Shown: positions 12,851 to 25,203 of the stretch, one piece after another
How the letters are laid out: each line of letters starts with the position of its first letter
How positions within the stretch are numbered: position 1 is the stretch's first letter
Assembly: GCF_000143415.4 (NCBI RefSeq)
Contig: NW_003314267.1
Coordinates: forward strand, 1,185,309-1,249,308
Origin: Selaginella moellendorffii
Lineage: Eukaryota; Plantae; Lycopodiophyta
Length of the DNA stretch: 64,000 nt
Direction of reading: 5' to 3'
The notes under the pieces: model-generated
The model's database searches: none
The model's input: only the letters and a program-made list of their open reading frames with translations
What the model was told of the DNA's origin: nothing
Program-made: the position numbers and the translations under genes

Positions 12851-14716
12851 TCGTCGGGTTTCAGGAAAACTCCAGCGCAAGATGGCAAAGTTGGCAGGGC
12901 TCGATATAAACATCCCGAGCACTTTGAACTCGTGCGATTGCACAGCATCGGTGCACTTGCCCATTTCCAACAATATCCTTTTGTCCATCTTGATACTAAA
13001 TCCTTTCTTTGATTGCCAGCGAGCACACCGGTAGACCGAATGAAAGCAAGCCCAGAAAGTCCACCCGGCATCCCTTTCGATGCTGCTGCTTCTTAGAGCA
13101 TTATTTTCCTGGTCCCAGTCAACTTCAGAGCCGACCACTCGAGAACCCGGCATAAGGTGCAGTGATCGAGGAGCTTGCCTGGCTCGGAAGAAGAAGACGC
13201 AACATCGAAGTATAACTCGACCAGGCAGAGATTGGACCTGGAACTCCTGCCATTCCCAGTGCCTGGTATACTTATCCAGCTCGAGAAGAAGCTCGTGCTG
13301 GCCTGCTGGAAACCGACTCGAGAATACCGTGTCCAACGTGATATAGTCCACTGTTGTTCTCGTAGTCTTTCATGAACTGCGTCACCTCTCCATAGTGGCG
13401 CAAGAGGCCGATCTCTCGGGACAATTGGCCACCGCCTCCTCAGTCGAATTCTTGAGTCATCCATCCGTTGTAGCTTTCGCATATCTCTTCACAAGATAAC
13501 AAGCTGACAGTTAACCTGTGGTGGCTGCGACACTGTCTCTCTTGCGGAGAGCATGAACGTCGAAGCGCCATAGCCAAATATACATAATAAGCAGTACACC
13601 TGGATCAGTGAGGTGGCGCTACTGCCACTTAGGATCATGTCATAGAGAGCATATATACTTTACGAGTTCTGCCTCCTCGTCCCAGTTCGACGCGTGAGCC
13701 CTCGTCTTGAGTGAAAAGGATTTCGCATTCGTTCTTCTCTTTGAGCTACTCGCTCTTCAAAACCTTCCCGTGTTGCCTGTTTTGCAGTGAGGAGAAGCCA
13801 AGAAGGCTAGCGTTAGCTTGACCGAATATTGCTTCCTTTCTTCCTCTTGGATGTATCCGGGACAACGTCGATCTTCCTCTTTCGTTGAAACGAAAGGTTG
13901 GTATGCGTGCATTCCAAACTCAGAAAATGCCAGTGCCATGGTGCTTCTCTTCAATAACTCTCTTGTATGGAGAGCAAATTCTTACAGTGTCGTGGGCTGT
14001 GCTCAAACGCTTTGCGTGAGATATTGAGCTTGCCAAGTGAGCAGGTGGATTCCAAAGGACGACATCCTTCGATCCCCAAAGCCTTCCTCTGGCTATGTCA
14101 GAAAACATGATCAAAGGCAAGCTTTTTTTTTTCACTCACATTGCAGCTTTCCGTCTTATGGTGAATTTGTTTGTTTCTTTGAACTCACGAGTGTTCGAAG
14201 TTACCTGTGATTCGGATCTTGGATGATCGCCTGGAAGAGACTCTGCGCATTTGCCAGATCCCACTTGACAGGGCATCTTTGTAGAGCTTCGGGCTCCAGC
14301 TCCATTGAGCCATGATCTGCAGCAGGTATTGGCACATTTCTCAAATGGAGATTGGTCATTGCTTCAGACGGCCTAGACGTAGTGATCATGCACCACATTA
14401 ATTCTTGACGTCACAATCCAAGCTCAATTCATCTAGCAATGTCGCTACCACAAGCACCTAGAAGATTATTGCAAATGACAGTCCCTCCCAAGCATGGAGG
14501 AACACACTACTTGTGTACTTCTTTACCTCAAGGCGAGAAATTTTATAGCTTCTAGCTTGTTGCATGGCGTGTGTTCGATACTGCTCTTGACCAAAAACGC
14601 GCTCAACATCTTATAAATCTCTGTATCATGAATCATCGATCATCTCTCTCCACCGAAACTGATCCGGTAGAGCAAGTCCATCAGCATATAACTGGCGGCG
14701 GCTACTCCTCATGTGT

Positions 14717-15574
14717 CTAAACATCCCTCTCTTCCTCAAAATCAATGGGCTCACACCTCCTCGCCACGATCTCCTGCGCTGCTCCCTCCTGCGCCTTGTA
14801 ATCCCGCAGCAGCTGCTCAATGTGCGCCACCTCAAACCTGAAGAGATTCACGCAGCAATCCGGTTCCCAAACCGTGTAATCTTTAATCTCGATCTCGCGA
14901 TGGTACTCCTTTGCACCCTCGATCCACTCCACTAGCTGGTGATACACGTCGGGCTCGTAGCAGCTGTTCGCCGAGAAATCCATTTCCCCTGGCCTCTCTT
15001 GCAACAGCTTGCTGCACAGCAAGCCGTCCTCGAGCTCCTCGAGCTCCTCGAGCTCCTCAACCATCCGGGCTTCAAACCGCAGCATCACTTCCCTCGTCCT
15101 ATCAATGTCGCTTGCACATCTGAACAAATCCTGCTCCGCCCAGCATGCCATTCGCTCCTTAAACTCTCTAGCACCTGGAGTGGATTTGGAAAACACATTG
15201 GACGGTGTCAACCCTTGTTTCCACGGTGATCTCCGGATGAGCTTCGCCAGCGAATTGCTAAACTTGGGCATTTGCATCTGCCGCTTGACGTCCCGCTTGA
15301 CTTTAGCGCGTACTGCTTTCACGAGATCTCGGTGCGTTTTCTCATCCAAGCTATCCACGCGAGAGCGGAGGTCGGCGTAAGTGATACCAGAATAGGGGCC
15401 CTCTATAATACTAAGGAGGGGAAAGGGATCATAACAGTCATCGATCACCTCGACTCTGGCGATGAACATGTCGACATCTGCGGCCTTGCAGGCTTGATCC
15501 CACACACGACACAATCGAAGGTCTAGCCTCCGCACAACAGTGTTCACAACGCTCAGATAAGCATTCCGTCCCAT
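14717..15574 (-). CDS. Lineage-specific 285-aa protein with a weak F-box-like N-terminus
   Basis: Intact ATG-initiated ORF. RLDLRLCRVWDQAC resembles the 3' half of an F-box. Paralogs at 1-421 and 12282-12850. Confidence 0.55.
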   Translation of the reverse strand: MGRNAYLSVVNTVVRRLDLRLCRVWDQACKAADVDMFIARVEVIDDCYDPFPLLSIIEGPYSGITYADLRSRVDSLDEKTHRDLVKAVRAKVKRDVKRQMQMPKFSNSLAKLIRRSPWKQGLTPSNVFSKSTPGAREFKERMACWAEQDLFRCASDIDRTREVMLRFEARMVEELEELEELEDGLLCSKLLQERPGEMDFSANSCYEPDVYHQLVEWIEGAKEYHREIEIKDYTVWEPDCCVNLFRFEVAHIEQLLRDYKAQEGAAQEIVARRCEPIDFEEERDV

Positions 15575-18500
15575 CAGAACCTACCCTAGCCCTAATTGTC
15601 TAATTGAATTTTGAGCTTTTGCGTGAGAGAAAAATTCAAATCCTTTTGCTGCCTTGGGAAACGCAATTTGAACAAACACACCTTGGGCTCATTGCTGCTG
15701 CTCGCAAGCCGAGCGAGCAATCCTAAACTTGCATACATATGACAGCTATTTTCTATGCTTTCTTTTCCCTCTCTTCACTGCCCTTTATCGGCCAAAACAT
15801 CAAACCCATTTTTCCTGAAATCACTGAACGCGATCCATGTAGGAGTACATTTACTCTATCTATTTATTTATCTGTTGATAGTCTCTCACTTGAAGCGTGA
15901 GACTGATGGATGCATAATGCAAGGGTTTGTGAGCTTTGCTAATGATGCTCGCTACTCCATGCTTCATACAATCTTCAAGCTCTTCAGAAGTTGTAGACTT
16001 TACCTTGTTCTTGGTCTTCCTAGCTCTTCTTGGTTTCAGTGCTCTTGGCCTCTCTTTGTTCTATAACTTCTCTTGGCAATAATCTTGGCTTGATCTTGGC
16101 AAATTATTGGCTTGAAAGTTGAGTTTCCGTTGTCCACTTGTTTCTTCTTGCTCGGGTTTATGGCTTGATTGTAGTAGTGATCTTGGCTGATGAACCCTTG
16201 ACCTTGTCAGTTGCAGATGCGAAGAGTACATTCCATCGTAAGTAAGACAAAGCTAGGCGAAGCCTTCACTGAAGAGATCGGTACTCGATTTATACCAACT
16301 CGCAATCAAGAAGAGAGGTTGCTATCGTGATCATAAAGCCATGGAATCTTCATAGATGAGCGGGCGATACCCCCTTGCGTGACACTTCCCCATCACAACT
16401 AATAAGGCAGAGCTGGATAAGGTTCTGGGGCTCCTTCCGGAACATTGTTTGACTAAAAGTTGCAACTACACACCCTCCATCGTGCAAAGGAATTTGAGAG
16501 GGATGCTGCCAGTTAATTTGTTCTAGTTTTTCCACCAGCCACACCACATTGAAGCTTCTATAGTCAAATATTTCATGTTTCTCTTTATTGCAGGCTCTCT
16601 GGAGTTATTCACTGTGTACCATAATCGCAACATAATGGATTTCCAACGCTACCTCACCAGCCACTTTAGAAATGTAGAAGTGAATCTAACTTGTCTACAA
16701 CTGCACGATGTCTTTTAAAGGGTAAGGTACGTTTGGAGGATGCCCAGCTGAAATGGTTTCATACCCTCGCTCACTTGTTTTACAGACCCAAAAAGCAGTA
16801 CAAAACGCGGGTTTCTGGTTGAAAGAAGGCAGCTGATGATCCTCAGATTCGCGAGCTGCTTGAAGCAAATCTCTTTACATATATTCCTTCGATAATATTC
16901 CACGATCTTCTAAATCGATACTTTACATAGTAACCCTTCCCTATTATATTAGCGGCGATGGAAGCTCTAGCATTGGCGTTCTCCTGGTTGCGACGCCCTC
17001 CAGCACAGGCAAGCACACAGGCAACAGGATTGAAGGTCCTCCTCCTTGAGGTGTGTACAACTCGCTCATTTCTGTCATTTTTTCTTGTTCCTTGACATTT
17101 TTCGCATGCGGGCAGACTCCTGCCGCAACAGCGGACAAGAAAGCGGAGGATTTCCCAGCGCAGCTCGAGGCAGTGATCATCAGCAGCAGTGACCCAGCAT
17201 CAAGTGTTCCCGAGTATGATGCACCTGTACTCGAAGAGGATGACGAGCATGACTTGCAAGAAACTCCAGATGTAGCTAATCTTCTCTTGCAGCCGGTTAC
17301 TCCAATCGAGCTGGAGGATTCGTCCTCGCCAGCACCACCCTCGCAGCTCGAGGCAGTTCTCGCCAGCAGTCACGCGGCAGCGTCAAGTGTTCCCGAGTAT
17401 GATCCACCACCGTTACCTGTACACAACCATGATTCGCAAGAGGTAACTCGAGAGCTTAGATGGTTTGCCTGGAACCGCACCAACCTTCTCTTGCAGCTAG
17501 AGGTGGTCATGGTTGGCATTGTGGATTCAGTTTGGTATACTTCTCTTGGTGGCAAGACACTTGCAGACGACACCGACGACAACGATGACAACCTGAGCTG
17601 GGAGGATATCCAGAGCTTCTTTCAGACCTGGACATTCCCGTCGGTGCAGCTACCGTCCAGAGCCGAATTGCATCTGGAGGTGGAGGAACTTAAGAAGCTA
17701 GTTGGAAAGTGGACTTGGAAGCTACTGACCACTCTTCAGTCGATAAAAGAAGAAATGTGGAATAGGCTTTTGAACGCGGCTTGGAGGACGTCCCAGGAAT
17801 TATGGAAAGAACTAAAAAACTTCCTGGGGTGGCATCGATTCCCAGTTATCAGTTCCCGATGGATGCTTCTGGAGGCAGCGCCAGGTCCTCCTATCTTCGT
17901 CTCCAACGAGAATGGACCTTCTCTGTTCCGCTGGGTGGATCGCTGCACAGCTCCACTGTGCACACAACAAGATGGAGAAGAACAAGCTTCAGTCTTTTGG
18001 CAGAGGTTGAGAGGCGATGGCACCAGCAGCGTGAGAAAGCACAGGAGGCCTCCAGACAAGAATAGTGAAGGACAAGAACTTGTGGCAGCAATGGCCGAGG
18101 AGTCATCCTACAAGGTATGTCTCTGTTGACAGGAATTAGATATGTATTCGTAATAAGATCTACACTGAACAGGTGCTAAAGCCTCATGCAGCAGCAGGAT
18201 CTCGAAAGTTGTTGAGGCAAGCTGATGTTTCATCGACACCAGCTTCAGTCTTTTGGCAGAGCTTGCGAGGTGATGGTGTGGGAATGCACAGGAGGCTTCC
18301 ATACAAGAATAGTGAAGAACTTGCAGCAGCAATGGCCGACAAGTCATCCTAAAAGGTATGCCTCTGCTGACAGGAAGCAGATATATTCGTACTATATGCT
18401 GGATGTACATTGAACAGGTACTAAAGTCCCATGCAGCCACAGGATTTCCATCTCAGAAGTTACTGGCTGGCGGCACTGGTGACACTAAGAAGGTTAGCAG

Positions 18501-19556
18501 CAATGCTTCACCACCACCAGCATCGCCACCACCTTTTATGTGGCGGTGGTTCCCTCGAAGCTTGGGCGAGGATGGTGGGAAGGCCAAGAGGATCAACACC
18601 GAAACGTTTCAAGAAGCTGAAGAGACTTCAATATCGAGCTCTCAGAGTTTAGTGTATGACGTCGGGGTGAGCAGCGGCAGTGCCAGTGATTTCATTGAGT
18701 TATTTGAAGGAGAAGGCATTAGCAGCAGTGATGCCTTCCTGAAGTCACTGTTGGAAGGCGAAGGTGGCAGCAGCAGCAGCAATGCGTATCTTCAGCTGGC
18801 TTCCTCCAATGATCTCAACTTGCAAGCGACGGCTGTGGCGGCAACCCTGCTGCTTCTTCCAATCCTTGCCGGGCTGCTGGTTGCGCTGCTCTTCCTCTTC
18901 TTTCTCTACTTCCTCTAGGTGATCAGGAGGAGGTGGGGAGGAGGAAGAGAGGGCTCCTGCCTCACTGAGTTCCAGCTTTCGATGCAAATGCATCAGGATG
19001 TGCAGTGGATGGGATCAAGTTGTCGCAGGCATGGCTAGGTACTTGGATCAAAACTTGAAGGTGACGATCCCCATCGGGAGTGATAAAACTTCGGTGGCAG
19101 GTTTTCATCGGCTGGAGAGAAGGTGGCTCTAGCGTCATCAAGGCAAGAAGTGAGCAGAGATATCTTACAAAACAGAGGTTGCTGGTGGTTCCGGAGCTTT
19201 GTCTGGTCATACACAGCTTTCTATACCGATTGATGGTGTAAGTGCAAGCTAGGAAGAAAGATCATATACTGAGTGTTTGTAGAATTTAAACATTGCTGAT
19301 TCAGAAAAACAGTTATTTGTTTTCTTCGAGGCTTGGTGGGAAGCAAAAAAAGTTGCAAGACTAGAAGTAACACTTGGACGGCAAGATGAGTTACTACCCT
19401 GTGTGAGATGTAAATGGAAGAAAGCACAGTTACATTGCTTGTGAAAGGATTCGTGCAAAGCCTTCTCTCGTGCGTCTCTTCCCGTCTCCAGTCTTTGCTC
19501 ACTTGGTTATGGCCTGAAAGACGAACGAAAGGAAGAAGAGCTCTTAACTGGTGAGC
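15151..19556 (+). repeat. Repeat unit A, copy 2
   Basis: Direct, colinear repeat of 1-4530. Confidence 0.95.
16958..18918 (+). pseudogene. Copy 2 of 4-exon orphan gene; premature TAA at end of exon 3
   Basis: Exons 16958-17050, 17116-18114 (open), 18173-~18355 (ends TCC TAA AAG) and ~18418-18918. Confidence 0.7.
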
Positions 19557-19607
19557 GAGTTTTGTCAGCTTTACTTGACGCTAGATGGAGCTGCGGCCTC
19601 CTGGCAA

Positions 19608-19976
19608 GAGAGAACACGCAAACACTGGCCTTCATCGCACACATTTTGCCATCGTTCACCATCCTCACTGTATCTATGTGATCAACATGAAGTTCTAGAA
19701 GAGGATCCATCGTACGTGAAGTAACTCAGGCAGTCAAAAGCTCCAATTTTAAATGTTAGTCGGACGACCAGGAATGGAACCCTACCATCAACGGCCACCA
19801 ATTAAACATAAAAAGCACTGCCAAAGGAGCTTCTCCATTTACGATCTAGATGACAACATTTTTTCACCAAGCAGCACTCTGTTTCATATGAAACATGTAC
19901 AGCACGTGGCCCTCGATGTTGTATGGAGTTAGTCAGTGGTAGACGTGCTCGGCTAGCCGAGGCATTGGGATGAGCT
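19608..19976 (-). pseudogene. Duplicated 3' end and downstream flank of the CYP703-like gene
   Basis: 'tcagtggtagacgtgctcggctagccgaggc' at 19933 matches the P450 stop region at 28959. The block matches ~28598-29002. Confidence 0.85.
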
Positions 19977-19989
19977 CTTTTGCAGATTG

Positions 19990-22900
19990 CCTTATACTTG
20001 AAGAAACAATTACTCAAAATTTGTCAAGTATTAGCACAAACATAATCAGCTTAAGTAAAGAAAAAGATTGACAACACTTCAATCCATGAATCTACTATTT
20101 AACTTAGCAACTTTGACAAAGATGTCCCATACATACCAATCAAGATAAGAAACAACAAAATTCCTCAAACAATCATCAATGGGAGTGCAAGTGTCAACAT
20201 TATTAAATGTTTAGTATACAAAGTGATGGGACTTAGACCAATTTAACTAGCATCCTTTAAAGTCAAAATGGCTAATGATAAAAGTGTACAACCATTTGGA
20301 ACCATTCACAACATTTTAATCAAGATTAACAATCAAGAGTTCAAAATGATTTTCATCATACTCAAGATAGATAAAAAACATTGTTCCTATAAAGTACTGG
20401 CAGAAGAACACAATTGCCTTTGGAAAGCATCAAAAAGTCCCTTGAATCTCCACAAGTACAACAGAGAAAATTTTAAAGAAATTCTGACCAACTATTATTT
20501 AACATTACGATTGGAATGAAGGCATTAACAACTATAAAGAAGCACAAATCATAAAAGCAGACTTAGAATTAAAGTCCCTTGTTAAAGTTGATCTCAATTG
20601 AGTTATTCCAAAACTTAATTCAATTCGCTTAACGAAACTTGAAACTCAATAAACTGAACTCAAGGAAAACTCCTAACTTGAGAAAATTCAACATTTAAGA
20701 TTATATCAACAGAGATCAAGAAATAGTATGACTGACCAGGAATTAAACCTGACCAACTAATTTAGCAATAAATCAACTTTAAGGAAGAACTAACTTTTCG
20801 ACAAGAAGGCTTTTAACTCAAACCAATTCTCAATCTTGAAGGACCAACTGAAGAAATCAGCTTAGGAACCAAAGATGAACCATTATCACTAGAGATTTAG
20901 ATCAGATCTTTAGAGGTAGAGCAATTAACATTCTAGACAAGTATAAAGATGTTTTTGCTTGGTCTTACACAAATTTAAGAGGAATCCCTTTTAAGATCTA
21001 TATATATCAAATTGAATTTCTTTTTTAGACTGTACCATGGAAACAATTAACATACCAAATGAACCTCAACATGCAATTGAAAGTCAAAGAAGCACTCGAC
21101 AAACTTGAGCAAGTCGGTTTCATCTACTTAATCCAAAATCTAGAATGGTTATCATCACTAGTCATTGTTTTTAAGAAGAATAATAAACTCATGATTTATC
21201 TCAACTACAAAAAGCTCAATGACACCATACGGAAAAAAACTATAACGCATCTGATCATGGGATGAGATTTGGATATACTGTTACCGTAGATCATTAGAAC
21301 CTTGGGGGATAAATAAGGATAAAATAACCACTAAAGGCTCCCTCATCAAACAATTGCCCATTTTTCAGTTGGTTTAAGGGGAGAGAGATAGATGTGGTAT
21401 TAGAGCAAATGGCATGAGTTTGATTCCTATTGATTAGTGGCTATTTAAAAATATAATATACCCTTGAGCAAAGTATATTCCTACCCCTAAATTTGAATCC
21501 ACAGATGAAGGTATCCACCATGGGACTGCGGTACAGGTGGATGACTAGTTATCTCACATAGAATAGCTAATCTTCACAATAGAATGATTTTGGGACTACG
21601 GTACGGGTGGATGACTAGTTGCCTAATGGAATGATTAGTAGATTTAATGGAGGTGTTGGTTGCCCTTGGTTCAGTAAGGGTTATTAGTTAATAGTCAATG
21701 AGGACATTGACATCTCTAAAAGGGGGGTGAGTATAGTGCAAGTGATCATAGGATGAGACTTGAATATACTGTTACCGTGGGTCCTTGGAGCCTTAAGGTA
21801 AATGGGTATAAAATAGCCACTAAAGGCTCTCTCATCAAGCAATTGCCCCTTTTTCCAGTTGGCTTAAGGAGAGAGAGATAGGGTGCACTACAAAAATATA
21901 TTCTCAATTTCCTTCTCTAGTAAGATTCTAGATATAGTCGTGAGATACAAAATGTCCTCATTCCTTAACGGCTTCTAAGGATACAACTAAATTGACATTG
22001 CACCTAAAAATTAGTACAAAATAGCTTTCATCACTCCATAAGGCACTTATATATATCTATGTATGTTATTTGATCTTTCTAACACACTATTTACTTTCTA
22101 GAGAGTTATCATTGACACTTTTAGAGAATACCTTACCGAATTCATGTGAGTTTACATGGACAACTTTAATGTTTTCAACAGTAAAGAACACCATCTTTAC
22201 TATCTCGAGAAATGCTTTATCAGATATCAAGAAAACAACATTGCCTTGAATCTTGAGAAATGCAATTTCTTCCCCGAAGTCTGGAGTTCCACTTGGACAT
22301 ATCATTTGCAAAGAAAGTGTCTTTATTAACAAAAACAGACTCTCATTATCACTAATATACAACATCCAATAAACATTGCTGAACTTTGAACTTTCTTTGG
22401 CAAAATAGGATACTATCGACAATTTATCAAAAACTATACAAAGATCACCAAACCACTCATCGAGCTTTTACAGAAGAATCAAGTCTACAAATGGACTCAG
22501 AAATGTTAAAAACTTTTCAACACACTTAAGAATTCACTAACAAGAGCTTCAATACTTGTTCAATGAAACTGGAGTAATATTCAAATTAAAACTATGCAAT
22601 CAGAGTGATTCTTTCATGATAATAAGAAGACTACAAAATCGACCAATCTACTACACCAGTCAAAGACTCAATTCAGCTTAGATGAACTACACCACCACAA
22701 AAAAAGAAGCTCTTGGAATGGTCTATGCACTCTAGAAGTTTTGACATTACCTTCTCAGATCATGATCAACCATAAAACACTTTTATACTTTTTTAACAAA
22801 ACCATCCTTAATAATAAAATTGCCCGATAGTTCTTACTCCTTCAAGAATATAATTTCAAGATCATCTATAAGCCTAGCAAATAACACAAATAAGCTGACC

Positions 22901-24075
22901 ACCTTAGCTATATTACGACAAGTGAACAACCAAAGTATAACATGAATAACTTCCCTGACTCCAACATCTTGCAAATCCATACTTCATCAATCTAGACACA
23001 TGACATCTACCACTACCTGACAACAATAAAAATACCAAACTAATACATTACTTCCAACCAACATAAGCAATTTATTTTAATGATAAAACTATATTCAATC
23101 ATGGGAGGAAGACCGTACAAGAAAAGATGAGATAATGTATTATGAAGATGTGTATAGCATGAAGAAAGTCAAGATTTACTTGAAGAAGCTCATTATAAAT
23201 AAGCAAAAAGACACTTTGCAAAAGAAATCACAACTTAAAAGATTTTATAAGCTAAACTTTGGTGGCCAACACTCTAGAATAATTCAGCAAAATTTTGTTA
23301 AGAATATGATATTTATTAAAGAACCAAGCATGTGCCAAAATCAAGGACTTCATCCAACAACTTCTCTCAAACCACTTCAACAATTTTGTAGAATCATTTA
23401 CAACAAGTTCCAAGTGAAATAAATACATCCTCATAACTATTAATTACATGACAAAGTAGGTTGAAGCTCAATTAATAAAGGTTGTAACAGAGAAAAACAC
23501 AGTAAAGTTCATCTATGAAAATATTATCACAAAGAACAGTTTACCTCGAGAACTTGTTATAAATCGAGAAACACACTTCATTAATAAGACTATCAACATT
23601 TTGATTCAAGAATTCACAATCAAACATAAGGTTTTAACACCATACTATCCTCAAGGAAATGGTCAAGCCTACAAACAAAACCCTCAAAAATATACTCAAG
23701 AGGATCATAAAGATGAATCGAAAAGACTGGGACAATTATATTTACAATGCCTTTATCGAACTACTTACAAGGTTTTAATAAATTTGACATCATTCAAACT
23801 CGCCTACAGCTTGACACCACTTAAGTACATTGTTCCTTCATTGCGAATGGCAATACACTACAAAATCAATCAAGAAGAATTACTCAACAATGATAGAAAA
23901 GTTTGACAAAAAACAACTACAAGCAATTTGGACACTTAAAGCCATTCAAGCTATAAGAAAAGCCAATTATGATAGAAAAGGACAACTTAAGAAATTGATG
24001 AATTCAAGGTTAGAGATCAAGTTCTATAGTTTCAAAGAAATATAGAGAAAATCAGTTTAAAGATACAATCAAGAT
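19990..24075 (+). mobile_element. Degenerate Ty3/gypsy pol remnant, copy 2 (interrupted by TRIM)
   Basis: IINGSASVNII protease, EWLSSLVIVFKKNNKLMIYLNYKKLND RT, TPYYPQGNGQA integrase; colinear with 4536-7878. Confidence 0.9.
21241..21892 (+). mobile_element. TRIM (miniature non-autonomous LTR retrotransposon)
   Basis: LTRs ~21241-21394 and 21732-21892 (tatagtgca...tgcactaca). tRNA-Met PBS tggtattagagc at 21395-21406, PPT aaaaggggggtgag before LTR2, 5-bp TSD aaaac/aaaat. Absent from gypsy copy 1 at ~5655. Confidence 0.88.
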
Positions 24076-25079
24076 GGTACAGTTAATTGTGTAGGGTTGC
24101 ATGCTCTCTAGTCTCCTTCCAAGAGTTAGTTGGAGCTGCAAAGTGGAATCTAAGCCTTTAACGCTAGTTGCTTGAGCTAGATTGGATGCACAACATTAAT
24201 GCATAAAAAAGTTGGAAGGGAGTGTAGTTATCTAGAATTTTCCCCAATCATGTGATGCTTTTTATTAGGTTATATGAAAGTGTAATAAACATGTCATATA
24301 TAGCTTACCTTAATATTCCCCTGTAAGTCAAAAGTCACCCCAAGCCAAGCCTAATGTAACAAATTTATTGGGTCCTAAGGGTTTGGTGAGGTTGAGTTAT
24401 CTGAAGGGTTCGTAATAAGTTTGAGAATTTTACATTATTTATTGTGACTTGTCATTTTGGCATTTATATTTTCAATATTGCCTTAAGGATGATCTTCTTT
24501 ATTTTGTGGGGGCGGATCCTAATGATAATTTATTGCCAATAGGAAATCATTTCATTTTTTTTAAGCACATTCCCCTTTTCTTCATATGTATGATATCTAT
24601 GTGTTTGTGGCTTTCTTTAGTCTTTTGTTGCTATCATTTGTTGCTATCTCTTTGATTTGTAGCAGAATGGTAATGTTGAGTTTCAGAATGAATGCTGCAA
24701 TGAAGGGACGAGTGTTTTGCATTTGAGGTTGTCTTGGATTATTATCATTGTGATATGAAGTTCCTTGATGAGCTTGTCACAAAGGTAGCACTGTGTCTTC
24801 TACTACAAGTCATCTTAGAGAATCATGATTGCTTTACTGGCAAAAGTTTTGGACTTACACATCTTTAGTGTGGAGATCAAAACCTTGAATTGCAACTTAG
24901 CTTTGTCAATCACGTTGCTCATTTGTAAAAAATTTCCACTATTGTAGTTCTCAAGTACCTTGATACACTTTAGTGGAGTTCCTTCATGCATGGAATCAAT
25001 GTCAGTCACTCTTCACCGGTGGGAAATTGTAAGCAACCAAAGAAAATGATTTGAGAAACAATCTATAGGGTTTAAATAT
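24075..25079 (-). repeat. Inverted copy of 7886-8870
   Basis: Reverse-complement identity across ~1 kb. Confidence 0.9.
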
Positions 25080-25147
25080 AAAGGAAAAGGGCCCATAATA
25101 AAAGTGCACCCCTTTTTCCAATTAGTTAAGGGTTTTGGGATATTTTA

Positions 25148-25203
25148 GGTTAAACATTTTTGAGTTTAAATAGTATTGGGCTGGGTGACCTCCCGAAAAG
25201 TCT
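25148..25203 (+). other. 5S rRNA-derived fragment (internal Pol III control region) in LTR-like DNA, Cassandra-like
   Basis: gttaaacatttttgagtttaaatagtattgggctgggtgacctcccgaaaagtc aligns without gaps to the recalled plant 5S core GTTAAGCG..TTGGGC..A.TAGTACT.GGATGGGTGACCTCC.GGGAAGTC. Mismatches are mostly C>T/G>A. Confidence 0.7.
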
